A DNA stretch of 64,000 nt, taken from assembly GCA_038231435.1 (NCBI GenBank), contig JBBRLJ010000004.1:64001-128000 (forward strand), in the 5' to 3' direction. Numbering within the stretch: position 1 is the stretch's first letter; every line of letters begins with the position of its first letter. This document shows, piece by piece, positions 1-10,000 of this stretch. Both the position numbers and the translations under genes were made by a program. The stretch comes from Planctomycetota bacterium. GTDB lineage: Bacteria; Planctomycetota; UBA11346. Under the pieces are notes generated by a model. It saw only the letters and a program-made list of their open reading frames with translations. It made no database searches and was not told the DNA's origin.

Positions 1-351
1 GACCACCGCAGCCCCGTCCGGCAGGATGCGCCAGGCGACGGTGCAGCCGGTGAGCTCGTGCGCACCGTTGCGCGTCAACCAGGATCCGTCCATGCGCCAG
101 CGAGCGCCGCCAGCGATCAGCGTGCTTCCGTCGATCGACGCTCCAGGCGCCAGGTCGCGTCGCAGGCGGTCGCAGACCATGTCGAGGATGACACCGTGAT
201 CGCTCAGCGCGCTGCTCGGGCCGAGTTCGCGCACCATCATCATCAGCGCGCGTTGCGATAGGGCGAGGAACGCGGTGAGCACGAGGATCGAGCAGGCCAC
301 CTCGATGAGGGTGAATGCGGACCTGGAACGTGGAACCGACGCGTCGCTCAC
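1..351 (-). CDS. prepilin-type N-terminal cleavage/methylation domain protein (pseudopilin), 3' end outside window
   Basis: Not in ORF track; manual translation from GTG at 351 (GTGA overlap with upstream stop) gives MSDASVPRSRSA-FTLIEVACSILVLTAFLAL..., a class III signal (FTLIE) plus hydrophobic helix; open to window edge. Confidence 0.75.
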   Translation of the reverse strand, partial: MSDASVPRSRSAFTLIEVACSILVLTAFLALSQRALMMMVRELGPSSALSDHGVILDMVCDRLRRDLAPGASIDGSTLIAGGARWRMDGSWLTRNGAHELTGCTVAWRILPDGAAVV

Positions 352-713
352 GGCGGGGCCTGGCCAGGTGCGCCGTGACGATCTTCGGCGTGATTCCGTT
401 CGTCGGCGGCGATGCGGCGCAACGTCGCGAGCTGGATGCGCTGATGCGCGCGCGCGGGCCCGTGCACCGTCACCAGCTCGATGCCGTCGCCCGCGGCGGC
501 GCGCTCGATGCTCCAGCCGGCGGGAATTCCCGGTTCGTCACCATGGCGCAGCGAGTCGAGCAGGTTCTGCGCGGTCTCGAGCTCGGCCATCGCCCGCTCG
601 AGCGCGAGCACGTCCCGATGCTCGCGCGCGGCGAGCGCCACCATCCCAGCGATCATCGCGGCGCCGGCGAGCGCGGCCGCCATCTCGACCAGCAGCGAGG
701 CGCGCCGGCTCAT
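348..713 (-). CDS. small pseudopilin-like protein
   Basis: MSRRA-SLLVEMAAALAGAAMIAGMVALAA: degenerate prepilin motif with Glu at +5 and hydrophobic helix; 4-nt overlaps with both neighbours. Confidence 0.6.
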   Translation of the reverse strand: MSRRASLLVEMAAALAGAAMIAGMVALAAREHRDVLALERAMAELETAQNLLDSLRHGDEPGIPAGWSIERAAAGDGIELVTVHGPARAHQRIQLATLRRIAADERNHAEDRHGAPGQAPP

Positions 714-1807
714 GTCGACTGCTCAGCGAGGACCGCGATCAGGTCGATGAGCACTCCGAACAGAGCCGTGCAGATCCAGAAAACCGCGCCAGCCAGAGCG
801 AGCGGGACCAATACCGTGCGCGCGACCCGCCACGCCGACTCGACGCGCGCCTGCCGCCACCGATCGCTCTCCACGGCCGCCGTCAGCGCCGCGGGCGTCG
901 TGGCGATCCAGCCGCAGGCCCGGCAGAGCAGGGTGAAGTCCCCCGAGCGCGCAGCTTCCGCCAATGCCTGCGAGGTAGGCAAGGCCGGCTGGAGATCGTG
1001 CGCGAGAGCGGCCTCGGCGCGACCGCAGGCGATGCCCGCCAGGATCACGCGCGCGCGATCCTGGCGCTGCCGTCGACGCCAATGCCAGCGCGAGGCGAGC
1101 GCCAGCGACATCACCACCATCGGCAGCGCTACGAGCAGCACCAACCACCACCATGCATCGATGAAACCCACGACACTGACCAGGGCGTGGAAACGCGCAG
1201 GCTCCGGAATGCCCAAGTCCCGCATGATCGCTTCCCATTTCGGCACGATCAGCGCCGCGATCGCCCGCGCGATCAGCACCATCGCGATCACGATGCTGAT
1301 CGAGAAGGCACCGGTGCGGGTCCAGTCGGTGCTCTGGCGGCGTTCAGCCAGCCCAGCGAGCCAGCCCGCGAGCGCCGCGGGCCCGACCGCCTCGGCCGCG
1401 ATCCCGGTGCCTTGGCATGCCTCTGGCAATACCCGGTACTCGACCGCAGCGCGCACCAGGCTGGTGGCTTGTCCGCTCTCCAGGACGCGCGCGCAGGCGC
1501 GCAGGCGGAATGGATATGGCCAGCGCAAGCGCGACTGCATCGACAGCAGCGCCGCCGAGGTGGCTGCACCATCGCGCACCGCACGGGCGAGGGCGCCAGC
1601 CACCACCTGCACCGCCCCACGCGCAGCCTGGGGCAGGAAGATCAACCGGACGATCGCCCACGTCGCTTGGAGAGCCACCAACGCGAGCAACGCCACGCCG
1701 ACCAGCACGCCCAGCGGCGCCGCTCGTTCCGGCAGGCCATGCCCCCAGTCCTTTGCCACCGCGTAGACATCCGCGCACGCCTGCTCCAAGCCATCCATGT
1801 CGAACAT
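710..1807 (-). CDS. type II secretion system F family (GspF/PilC-like) inner membrane protein
   Basis: Start moved to ATG 1807 (TGATG overlap with upstream stop); LARAVRDG..., LESGQATSLVRA, IVPKWEAIMRDLGIPEP and three TM segments resemble PilC/GspF. Confidence 0.6.
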   Translation of the reverse strand: MFDMDGLEQACADVYAVAKDWGHGLPERAAPLGVLVGVALLALVALQATWAIVRLIFLPQAARGAVQVVAGALARAVRDGAATSAALLSMQSRLRWPYPFRLRACARVLESGQATSLVRAAVEYRVLPEACQGTGIAAEAVGPAALAGWLAGLAERRQSTDWTRTGAFSISIVIAMVLIARAIAALIVPKWEAIMRDLGIPEPARFHALVSVVGFIDAWWWLVLLVALPMVVMSLALASRWHWRRRQRQDRARVILAGIACGRAEAALAHDLQPALPTSQALAEAARSGDFTLLCRACGWIATTPAALTAAVESDRWRQARVESAWRVARTVLVPLALAGAVFWICTALFGVLIDLIAVLAEQST

Positions 1808-2823
1808 CAGATGCTCTGCCCGAACAAACGGAGGAGGGCGACCATGGGAAACAGGAACCACATGGTCCAGCCGAGGATCGCCACCACGAACAGCGTCACC
1901 AACACCAGCGGCCGGGCTGCCGCTAGTGCGCCAATGAATCGCTTCCTGGCTTCATCGTCTCCGTCGGGGGCATCCGGATCCCAACCCACCGCCAGCGAGC
2001 GCTGGCGCAGATCCGGCATCCTGCGCAGCAGGCGCCTATCGGCCGAGCGCAAGCGGAAGCGAGTGAGGAACATCCAGGTGCGCCAGTCCACGTCCCACGC
2101 GGGGCGGTGGGAGCGCACGCCTAGTCCCACCCACCACAATACCCAGCGTACCGGACTGATCGCGCGAGGCTCGTGCACGGCGATGCGCGCGGCGCGCGCC
2201 AGTCGCGCGGCCGCGGCGGCGCGATGGACTTCGGGACACCACAGGTGCAGCACATGGCGCAGCGGCCGGATCTCAGACAGCACCCACACCACGAGGATGC
2301 TCGCCAGCAGCACGCACGCGGCATCAGCCGGCATCTGCCACAGCGGCCTGAAGAACACATTCACGGTTTCGGGAACGGTGATGCCCATGTCCCTGAGGAT
2401 GGACTCCAGCGCGTGGCCCAGCGACACGCGCACCGCGAACGAGAACACGCATGCCGGCAGCAGCGCGGCCGCAGTCAGCCACACCGGCAGCCAGCGGACG
2501 AGGGCATAGCCAGGCGTGGGATCGTTCTCGCCGTCGGCTATGCGTGCGAGGATGTGTGCCATCTCGGCCGGATCGAGCGCCGTGTCGAGGTCTATGGCCT
2601 CGGACTTGCCGATCATCCGGCATGCTCGCAGCGCCGCACCCAAACGCTCTCCATTGCGCAGGCGCGGCGCCAGGACGCGCGCGCAGCGGCGCAGGGCAGG
2701 ATCGTCGGTGGCCAATCGCTCGATGCCCTCGGGCAGGGATTCACCAGCGTCGACCAGCATCGCCAGCGCGTGCAAGGCATCGCCGCGCCGCGCGCCGAGG
2801 ATGGCAGCGATTACGAAGACCAC
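1807..2823 (-). CDS. type II secretion system F family (GspF/PilC-like) protein
   Basis: LAMLVDAGESLPEGIERL, LRNGERLGAAL, LESILRDMGITVP and C-terminal LFPMVALL are GspF/PilC-like signatures. Confidence 0.7.
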   Translation of the reverse strand: MVFVIAAILGARRGDALHALAMLVDAGESLPEGIERLATDDPALRRCARVLAPRLRNGERLGAALRACRMIGKSEAIDLDTALDPAEMAHILARIADGENDPTPGYALVRWLPVWLTAAALLPACVFSFAVRVSLGHALESILRDMGITVPETVNVFFRPLWQMPADAACVLLASILVVWVLSEIRPLRHVLHLWCPEVHRAAAAARLARAARIAVHEPRAISPVRWVLWWVGLGVRSHRPAWDVDWRTWMFLTRFRLRSADRRLLRRMPDLRQRSLAVGWDPDAPDGDDEARKRFIGALAAARPLVLVTLFVVAILGWTMWFLFPMVALLRLFGQSI

Positions 2824-2848
2824 GGGCGAGCGATCAGGGATCGAGACA

Positions 2849-3229
2849 TCATCTTCCAGGGATACCCTGGCGCAGGATGTCGCGTTGCCTGGCCAGGCGG
2901 CCGTGAGCGTCGAAGCCGATGAGGTCGAAGCGCAGGCGGTAGCGCGCCAGTCCGTGAGCCCTCACCAAGGCGTTGGCCGCGGCGAGAGTGCGGTCGAGCT
3001 TGGCGCGGTCGATCGACAGCAGCGCATCCCCGGCCGCCGAGCGATGCCGGACCTCGACGATCAGCAGGGTACGCCAACGGCTGGCGACGATATCGAGCTC
3101 GCCGCCGCCGCCGATCCAGTTGCGAGCCACGATGCGCCAGCCGCGCAGCATGAGGTGGCGGCAGGCCCGGCGTTCTGCAGCGGCGCCCTCTTTTTGAGGA
3201 GCGCGGGGAGCGGTGGCGAAGCGCGGCAT
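2849..3229 (-). CDS. yraN: YraN (UPF0102) family PD-(D/E)XK nuclease
   Basis: GAAAERRA...GWRIVARNW...GELDIVA...VEVR...RFDLI motifs; typical position downstream of rplS. Confidence 0.9.
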   Translation of the reverse strand: MPRFATAPRAPQKEGAAAERRACRHLMLRGWRIVARNWIGGGGELDIVASRWRTLLIVEVRHRSAAGDALLSIDRAKLDRTLAAANALVRAHGLARYRLRFDLIGFDAHGRLARQRDILRQGIPGR

Positions 3230-3297
3230 GCCGGATCACGCCTGAACGCGCCACGCCTGCAAGCCATTTGCGGCTCGAGCACCTGCTGCCTGGAAAC

Positions 3298-3329
3298 GAA
3301 ACAACCGGGCCATGCGGCCCGGTTGTTTC
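3298..3329 (-). terminator. intrinsic terminator-like hairpin downstream of rplS
   Basis: Perfect 14-bp stem GAAACAACCGGGCC-ATGC-GGCCCGGTTGTTTC with U-rich tail on the minus strand. Confidence 0.7.
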
Positions 3330-3373
3330 CTTGATGCGGACGCCGTTTCCGGCTACGCGCAACTCAGCTCAGC

Positions 3374-3766
3374 TCACTTCTGGGTGGCTGGAGCGGTGGT
3401 CTCGACTTCGTCGTTGGCCAGCAGCTCCTTCACCTTGGTCGCCTTGCCCACGCGCTTGCGCAGGTAGAAGAGCTTGGCGCGGCGGACGCGGCCGCGGCGG
3501 ACGACCTCGACCTTGGTGATGCGCGGGCTGTGGACCGGGAAGGTACGTTCGACGCCTTCGCCCGAGACTACGCGGCGGACCACGAAGGTGGCATTGATCT
3601 CGCCGTTGCCGCGCGAGCGCGCCATCACCGTTCCGTTGAACAGCTGGATGCGCTCCTTGTCGCCTTCCTTGATGCGCGTGTGCACGTTGACCGTGTCGCC
3701 GACCTCGAAGTCGCCGAGGGATTCCTTGCGCAGGTGGGCTTTGGTGACGGACTTGAGCAGTTCCAT
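3374..3766 (-). CDS. rplS: 50S ribosomal protein L19
   Basis: F.VGDTV.V...[36 protein letters not shown]. Confidence 0.98.
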   Translation of the reverse strand: MELLKSVTKAHLRKESLGDFEVGDTVNVHTRIKEGDKERIQLFNGTVMARSRGNGEINATFVVRRVVSGEGVERTFPVHSPRITKVEVVRRGRVRRAKLFYLRKRVGKATKVKELLANDEVETTAPATQK

Positions 3767-3906
3767 GACGCTTCTCTCGGTTGGGCTCGCGCGATGTGTG
3801 CGCGAGCGGCAGTTTCAGCCCGCTTCCGACGCGTGTCGCGCATGATGCCGAGGCACGATGCGAGGCGGCGCATGGTCGGGGGTCCGAGAGGATAGGAAGG
3901 TCGTGC

Positions 3907-4968
3907 TCAAGTCAACCCTGCGGCCGGTGCCACCACGGGCGTTGGGCGTGGCGGGGCATGCGTGCTGCCAGGCACTTGCGCCGCGGCGATGGCTGCCTCG
4001 GGGTGCCGCATGCGGTAGACGTGGACGAGCACGGCCACCACCACGGCGCCCACCGCGAGCTGCAGGCTGGTGGCCTGGCTGGTATCGATGTGGCCGTGGG
4101 GATCGGGCAGGCCGAGCAGGTTCGATGGAATCTTGTCGTCGCCGCGGAGGATCTCGTTGATGAAGCGCCAGATGCCATAGCCCATGGTTCCGAGGCACAG
4201 GACCTGGCCGTCGACGCGACGGTGCTTCCAGAATGCCCACAGGCCCACGCTCATCGTCACGCAGGCGATGGTCTCGTACAGCTGGGTCGGATGCACGTGC
4301 TCGACGCGGCCGTCGTGCTGGATGGTCACCGCCCAGGCCACGTCCGTCGGGTGGCCGTAGCAGCAGCCATTGAGGAAGCAGCCGATGCGGCCTACCCCGA
4401 GCCCGAGCAGCAAGGCCGGTGCCACGATGTCGCCCAGCGCGAGGATGCGCAGCCGCCGCCACCAGGCGTAGGCGAGGATGCCCAGGGTCGCGAGGACCAT
4501 GCCGCCATACCAGACCATGCCGCCGCGATCGAAATCGACCGCCAAGGCCACCACCGCCGACCAGGAGCGCTCGCCGCCCGCGGGATCGCGGGTGAATTCG
4601 TGCGGGCGTTCCCACACGTAGCGCGCGCGCGCGCCGATCATGCCGGCGACGATCGCGATCATGAACATGTCGAGCACGTAGCGTTCGGGGATGCCGATCG
4701 TGCGCGCGCGCCGGAACATCAGCCCATAGGCGGCCGTGAAGCCGAGCAGCAGCAGTACGCCGTAGGCGGCGAAATGCATCTCGCCCCGCCACTCGATGAA
4801 GCCCGCCAGGGCTCCCGCGGAGGCGACCGCAGCACCGATCGCGAGGCTCGCCCACAGGCGCCAACGTGCCCGTGGCAGAAACACCGAGGTCGCGATCGCC
4901 GCGATAGCTGCGACCACCAACCATTCGGTATGAACGAATGGGAAGACGAACGAGCCCGAGAGGTTCAT
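3907..4968 (-). CDS. lgt: prolipoprotein diacylglyceryl transferase
   Basis: IGAR..YV, GGMVWYGG, GRIGCFLNGCCYG, HPTQLYE, RFINEILRGD. Confidence 0.92.
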   Translation of the reverse strand: MNLSGSFVFPFVHTEWLVVAAIAAIATSVFLPRARWRLWASLAIGAAVASAGALAGFIEWRGEMHFAAYGVLLLLGFTAAYGLMFRRARTIGIPERYVLDMFMIAIVAGMIGARARYVWERPHEFTRDPAGGERSWSAVVALAVDFDRGGMVWYGGMVLATLGILAYAWWRRLRILALGDIVAPALLLGLGVGRIGCFLNGCCYGHPTDVAWAVTIQHDGRVEHVHPTQLYETIACVTMSVGLWAFWKHRRVDGQVLCLGTMGYGIWRFINEILRGDDKIPSNLLGLPDPHGHIDTSQATSLQLAVGAVVVAVLVHVYRMRHPEAAIAAAQVPGSTHAPPRPTPVVAPAAGLT

Positions 4969-4981
4969 CCGGGCGTGGTTC

Positions 4982-5893
4982 TCAGAACGGAGGTCCGGGA
5001 GGTGCGCCGAGATCGCCAGGCGCGCCGAGCGTCTGATTCATCACGTCGTTGGTGATCTGGGTGTCGATGCCGTGGGCGATCGAGTCCGCGACCTTGTCAG
5101 CGATGTCGTCGACCACCACGCCCGTGACCGGCCCGCCATCCGGTCCGCCGTTGAAGGCCAGGGCATCGATGTCCGCCTGCGCCTCATCGACGTCCCAGCC
5201 ACCACCGCCGGGGCCAGCGGGCGCGAGGCCCTTCTCCTGGATGGAGGACGTCGAGCCACCGAGCTGCGGCCGGCTCGACAGCGCGTCGATCGAACCGATG
5301 CCATTGGGGCCGCCGCCGACCCCCTGTCGGGCGACCAAGTCGGCATGATCGTTGGCGCCGGCGGCCATGGCCTCGGCCACCTCGTGGCGCAGGCCGACGC
5401 TGAGCTTGCCCTGCACGAGCGCGACGTAGTCGGTATCGCGCTTCACCCGCTCGACGACGAACAGGGTGCCGGTCACGCGTACGTCGAGGGCCGAGCCGAG
5501 GACGTGCACATCCTCGTAGCCGCCCTTGTTCCCGATCTTCACCTGCACCGCGCCCGCATCGAGGCAGATGACCAGGCTGGTGCCGCCGCCTGGCGCCGGA
5601 CGTCGCTGCAGGTGGACCTCGCTGTTGGGATTGAGGATGAGATTGCTGCCCGGCGCGTCCTCGAGCACGATCTGCGCGAGCCCAGAGCCCGAACGCACGT
5701 GCTGGTCGGCGACCAGGGCAACCGCGCCCTTGACGCCCTCACCAAAGCTTTCCGTCCCGAGGACATCCTTGGTCTCGACCGCGGCCGCGGTGGCGGCTGG
5801 CAGCACCGACAATGCGAGCAAGGCGAGCAGCGGCGACAGGAGTCGCGGTGGCGCGAACATCTGGACGGAGATGCGCATGGCGAATCCTTTCAT
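4982..5893 (-). CDS. secreted FecR-domain protein
   Basis: Likely start ATG 5893 or 5878 (each preceded by AAGGA); signal peptide, then SNLILNPNSEV, LDAGAVQV, VRVTGTLFVV, VALVQGKLSV typical of FecR; acidic low-complexity tail. Confidence 0.75.
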   Translation of the reverse strand: MKGFAMRISVQMFAPPRLLSPLLALLALSVLPAATAAAVETKDVLGTESFGEGVKGAVALVADQHVRSGSGLAQIVLEDAPGSNLILNPNSEVHLQRRPAPGGGTSLVICLDAGAVQVKIGNKGGYEDVHVLGSALDVRVTGTLFVVERVKRDTDYVALVQGKLSVGLRHEVAEAMAAGANDHADLVARQGVGGGPNGIGSIDALSSRPQLGGSTSSIQEKGLAPAGPGGGGWDVDEAQADIDALAFNGGPDGGPVTGVVVDDIADKVADSIAHGIDTQITNDVMNQTLGAPGDLGAPPGPPF

Positions 5894-5952
5894 GGCGTTC
5901 CTTCGCTCGACGTTCCCGACGTTCGCGATGGCCGCGATGGCCGAGGACGTGC

Positions 5953-7044
5953 TCACCACGTCGCACCCAGGCGCAGGCCGATCTGGTAGCGTGTGTATTC
6001 GTTGGCGGGCAGGTTGGAGCCACGGCGCGCCACGCCGGCGTAGATGCCGGCGGTCGCGTTCGCGCACACCCAGGCGTCGCATCCGCCGCTGATGCCCAGG
6101 ATGTCCTGCTTTTCCGTGATTCCGGAGAACGATTTGAACTGCCTGAACTCGTACTGCGCCGAGCCGCTCAGGTCGTAAGTGCCCAGGCGTTGGCCCGAGC
6201 CGATGCGCCACAGCGCGGCGACGCTGGGCGTGATCCCGCGGTAGCTCTCGAAATCGGCGTTCGCCGCATACGAGGACACGCCCAGTCCGGCCTCGATGCG
6301 GCGATGGATGTCGCGCCGCTCGATGAGGAACCAGTGCCGGTAGCCGAGCTCGAGCAACGTGCCGGTCTTGTTGTCGTCGAGCGGATAGACCAGCCGCTCC
6401 CCACCCAGGAGCACGACGTCGACGTGCTCGAAGGACGGCGCGATGCGCGATGCGAAGAGATCGAGGTTGATCGCGTCCGCGGCGTTGCGCCGGTCGAGGT
6501 CGTAGTGGTTGTAGCCGACGATGAAGCCTGGATCCCACGACTCGACGCGCTGGTGCCCCATCAACTGGGCTCCGATGCGCAGCAGTTCGGCCTCGGGATG
6601 GCCGGAGTACTCGTGGGCGCCGACCGAGACGGTCGCGCTCAGACGCCGGGCGTGGCCCGATGCCACGGTCAGCCCCTTGCCCTCGGCGTCGATCAGGCGC
6701 GCGGTGCCCTTCACGTCGAGGCCGAGCGAGGCGCCCTGCTTGTCGGAGCTCGAGGGATTGGTGTCAGGCTCGAGCAGGATGTTCGAGTCGTAGCCGATCG
6801 CGAGCGTGCCCGAGATCGAGTACCAGCGCGTGGCCGCGGGCGTTGCGCCCGGCGCGGCGGCTTGTCCCTGATCATGCCCCTGATCGGCTTGGACGCGGCT
6901 CTCGGCGGGAATGGTGGGATTGGTGGGCGGCGTCGCATCCTCGCCAGCGGCGAAGGGCGACAAGGCCAGCGCCCAGGCGAGCATCGGCAGGGATCGCCGT
7001 GCCGTTGCAGCGTTGCGGGGGCGGACGAGCGGATCGACAGTCAT
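5953..7044 (-). CDS. outer-membrane beta-barrel protein (DUF560/DUF2320-like)
   Basis: Signal peptide, GYDSNI motif, amphipathic beta strands, C-terminal YQIGLRLGATW (terminal aromatic). Confidence 0.7.
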   Translation of the reverse strand: MTVDPLVRPRNAATARRSLPMLAWALALSPFAAGEDATPPTNPTIPAESRVQADQGHDQGQAAAPGATPAATRWYSISGTLAIGYDSNILLEPDTNPSSSDKQGASLGLDVKGTARLIDAEGKGLTVASGHARRLSATVSVGAHEYSGHPEAELLRIGAQLMGHQRVESWDPGFIVGYNHYDLDRRNAADAINLDLFASRIAPSFEHVDVVLLGGERLVYPLDDNKTGTLLELGYRHWFLIERRDIHRRIEAGLGVSSYAANADFESYRGITPSVAALWRIGSGQRLGTYDLSGSAQYEFRQFKSFSGITEKQDILGISGGCDAWVCANATAGIYAGVARRGSNLPANEYTRYQIGLRLGATW

Positions 7045-10000
7045 CAGGGCAGCTCCACCAGGATTCGGAAGCCGATCATCTCGGCGCGGATGGCGTCGTC
7101 CACGCTCTCGCTGTAGGTGGAGCGGAACCAGTGCTCGTCATCGTCGGAATAGGCTCCGCCGGCGATCAGTGCGTGATGGGCGCCGGCCGCGCGTGGATCC
7201 TGGTTGGAGCGGCCATCGTCGCCCAGCCATTCGCGCACGTTGCCGGCCAGATCGAAGTGGCCGAATGGGCCGACGTCGTAGCTGACGCTGCCGACCTTGG
7301 CGGCGACCTCGACCAGCTTGGCGGCGGATGAGCAGGTGAAGTTGGCGTCGAAATGCCCTCCCCACGGGTACACGCGCTGGATGTCATCGCCGCAGGCGGC
7401 GAACTGCCACTCGCTCTTGAGCGGTAGCCGCGCCTTGACCCCGTTCTTCTTCGATAGCCACACGCAGAAATCGCGAGCGTCCTCGCGCGTGATCGAGATC
7501 ACTGGCGAATCCATCGGCACTCCGGGCATGACGCTGATGTCGCGGATCTCGGTCTCGTCCTTGGCGGTCTCGAACTTCACCTGCTTGGGGATGAATGCCT
7601 GGTTCATCGGCAGGTGGGGATACGGCGGGGGCTGTGGATTCTCGCCGTTGGCGTGGCTCTTGGCGAAGTCCTTGTAGATCTTCTTGATCGCGGGCAGCGA
7701 CTCCTCCTTCACGAAGGCCAGGTATTGGGCGATGGTGATCTCGTTCACGCCCAGCATGAACGGCTTGAGCGGCGGCTCGCCGCCGACCGGGACATGGAGG
7801 TTCCCCGGCACGAATCGCAGTGGGATGCCAGGGACCGACTTCAGGTTCTCGGGCCAGGCGAATACCGTCGGCTGGTCGCTGCGCAGGACCAGCGACACGA
7901 TGGTGTCGGCGGCCTGCAACTGCCAGGTGCCCGAGGCCAGATCGTAGTCCTTGCCGGGTTCGATCGGCATGGGCTCGCCGTCGGCTGCCAGGCGCGTGTC
8001 GGGCTGCACCACCACGCGGCGGGCCATCACCACCGCGCCGGGCTTGCCGGTGACCTTGAGGCGCGCGGTACCCGCCAACTCGGCGGCGTAGGTGTGATCG
8101 AGGCGGTCGGCGCGCGCGAGCAGGTTCCGGAAGGCTTCGATCTCGGGCAGATTGCGCGTCGCCTGAGCTTCGACCAGGCGGTTATGGTAGAGTTGGGCGA
8201 GAATGCTCAGGCCTTCGCGGTAGGCCTGGGGTTTCTTGTCCGCACCCGCGAACGGCTCGAGCGTGGCGACCACGTTGTTGGCCAAGCCTTCGCAGTTCGC
8301 CCACTCCTGCACCAGCGCCTTGCGCGCCTGTTCCGAGGCCTGGATGGCCGCGAACACCGGACTCTTGTCGGCGATCGGCTTGTCGGCCAGCTTCTTGCCG
8401 AGCACCTCGGCCTCTTGGCGCTTGCCGAGATAGATGTCGCGCTGGGCGTTCATCTCGGCCTGGGCCTTGCGCGCGCCTTCGAGCAGTTTCGCCGCGTTGG
8501 TTTCGGCCTCTTGCCGGCGCTTGACCTCACCGCGCTGGAACTCGATGCGCTGCTTCTCGAGCGTCGCACGCGCGTACATCGCCTTGGTATCCGCGTCGTC
8601 GGAGGCGAAGCCGATCGCCTGCTCGGCGGACTTCATGGCATCGTCCGGATCGGCCGCGTCGAGCGAGGCGGCAGCCTTCGCCGAGAGCTCGCGCGCGCGC
8701 TTGAGGTTGTCGGCAGCCTTGGCGGCGGCGGCGACGCGGGCGCGCCCCTCATCGAGCTTCTTCACCAGGCCGGCGACGCCGGGCAGCTTCACGTCGTGGT
8801 CCTGGTCCGCGAGCACCAGCTCGGCCTCGGCCTGCTTGAGCAGCTCGGTGGCCTGCGCATCGAGCGGATCCTTGGCGGCGGCGGCGGCAAGAGCCGTGCT
8901 GCTGGCGTCGAAATGCCCAGTCGCGACCCGGGTCTTCTCCTCGAGCTGCTTGTTCGACGCGATCTTCTGGGTCTCCATCACCGCGGCCTGGATCTCGGTG
9001 TCCTCGGGAGTCAGCTTGAGCGCCTGTTGCAGGGTGGCGAGGCCGGCGACGGCGTCCTTCTTGGCTTCGTCCTGCCCGCGGGTGAAGAGATCGTGCGCGG
9101 CCTGCCGGTTTCTACGGACGACCTCCTCGTCGTCGAAGCGCTTCTTCGCCAGCTTGGCGGCGCCCGAGACCTCACTGTCGAACGCCTGGATGGCGCGGTC
9201 GCTGGGCTCGAGATCCATCGCGCGTGAGACCAGCAGCGAGACCTTGACCAGATCGTCGGGCTGCGGCGTGGCTCCGAGCGCGGCGTAGGTGATCTTGGCC
9301 TCGTTGAAGAGCTGATCGGCCTTGGCGCGATGCTCCTTCGCCAGGTACCACCAGGTGCCGGCGATGGCGCCCGCGACCAGCACCACGCCCGCGGCGCCGA
9401 GCTGGAGCTTGAGCTTGTTCTGCGCGATCCACAGGCGGATGAGCTCGCCGATCGAGCGCTTGCGCGCCTCGACGGCCTGGCCGGCGAGATAGCGGCGCAG
9501 GTCCTCGGCGAACGCCTCGCAGCTGGCGTAGCGGCGCGAACGCTCGCGCGCCATCGAGCGGTGGATGATCGCCACCAGGTCTGGATGCAGGGTGGGATCG
9601 GCCTGGTCGAGCGGCACGATCTCGCCGTGAACGATCTTGACGATCATCTCAGGGATGCTGGTGCCATCGAGGCAGCGGCGCAGCGACAGCAGCTCGTAGA
9701 GCGTGGCGCCGAGCGCGTACACGTCGGAGGTGGCGTCGATATTCTGCAGCTCGCCCTGGGCCTGCTCGGGCGGCATGTAGAAGATGGTGCCCATCGCCGA
9801 TCCGGCCATGGTCGCCGAGACGCTCTGCTGGTCGCGGATCGAGACCACTTCCTTGACCAGCGCGCTGGCCTGGTCGGCGCTCGCGAGGACCTTGGCGATG
9901 CCCCAGTCGACGACCAGCACCTCGCCGTGGCCTCCGAGCATGATGTTGTCGGGCTTGATGTCGCGGTGGATGACGCCGCGGCTGTGCGCGAAACCGACAC

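Noticed and set aside
275..2509. Long plus-strand ORFs (744 aa here; also 30010-32091, 25451-27304, 45990-48158 and similar)
   Set aside because: Arg/Ala/Pro-rich shadow frames overlapping well-supported genes, typical of high-GC DNA
7044..7200. FGE-type C-terminus of the kinase as a diversity-generating retroelement target
   Set aside because: The fold class fits, but I see no template repeat copy or reverse transcriptase in the window
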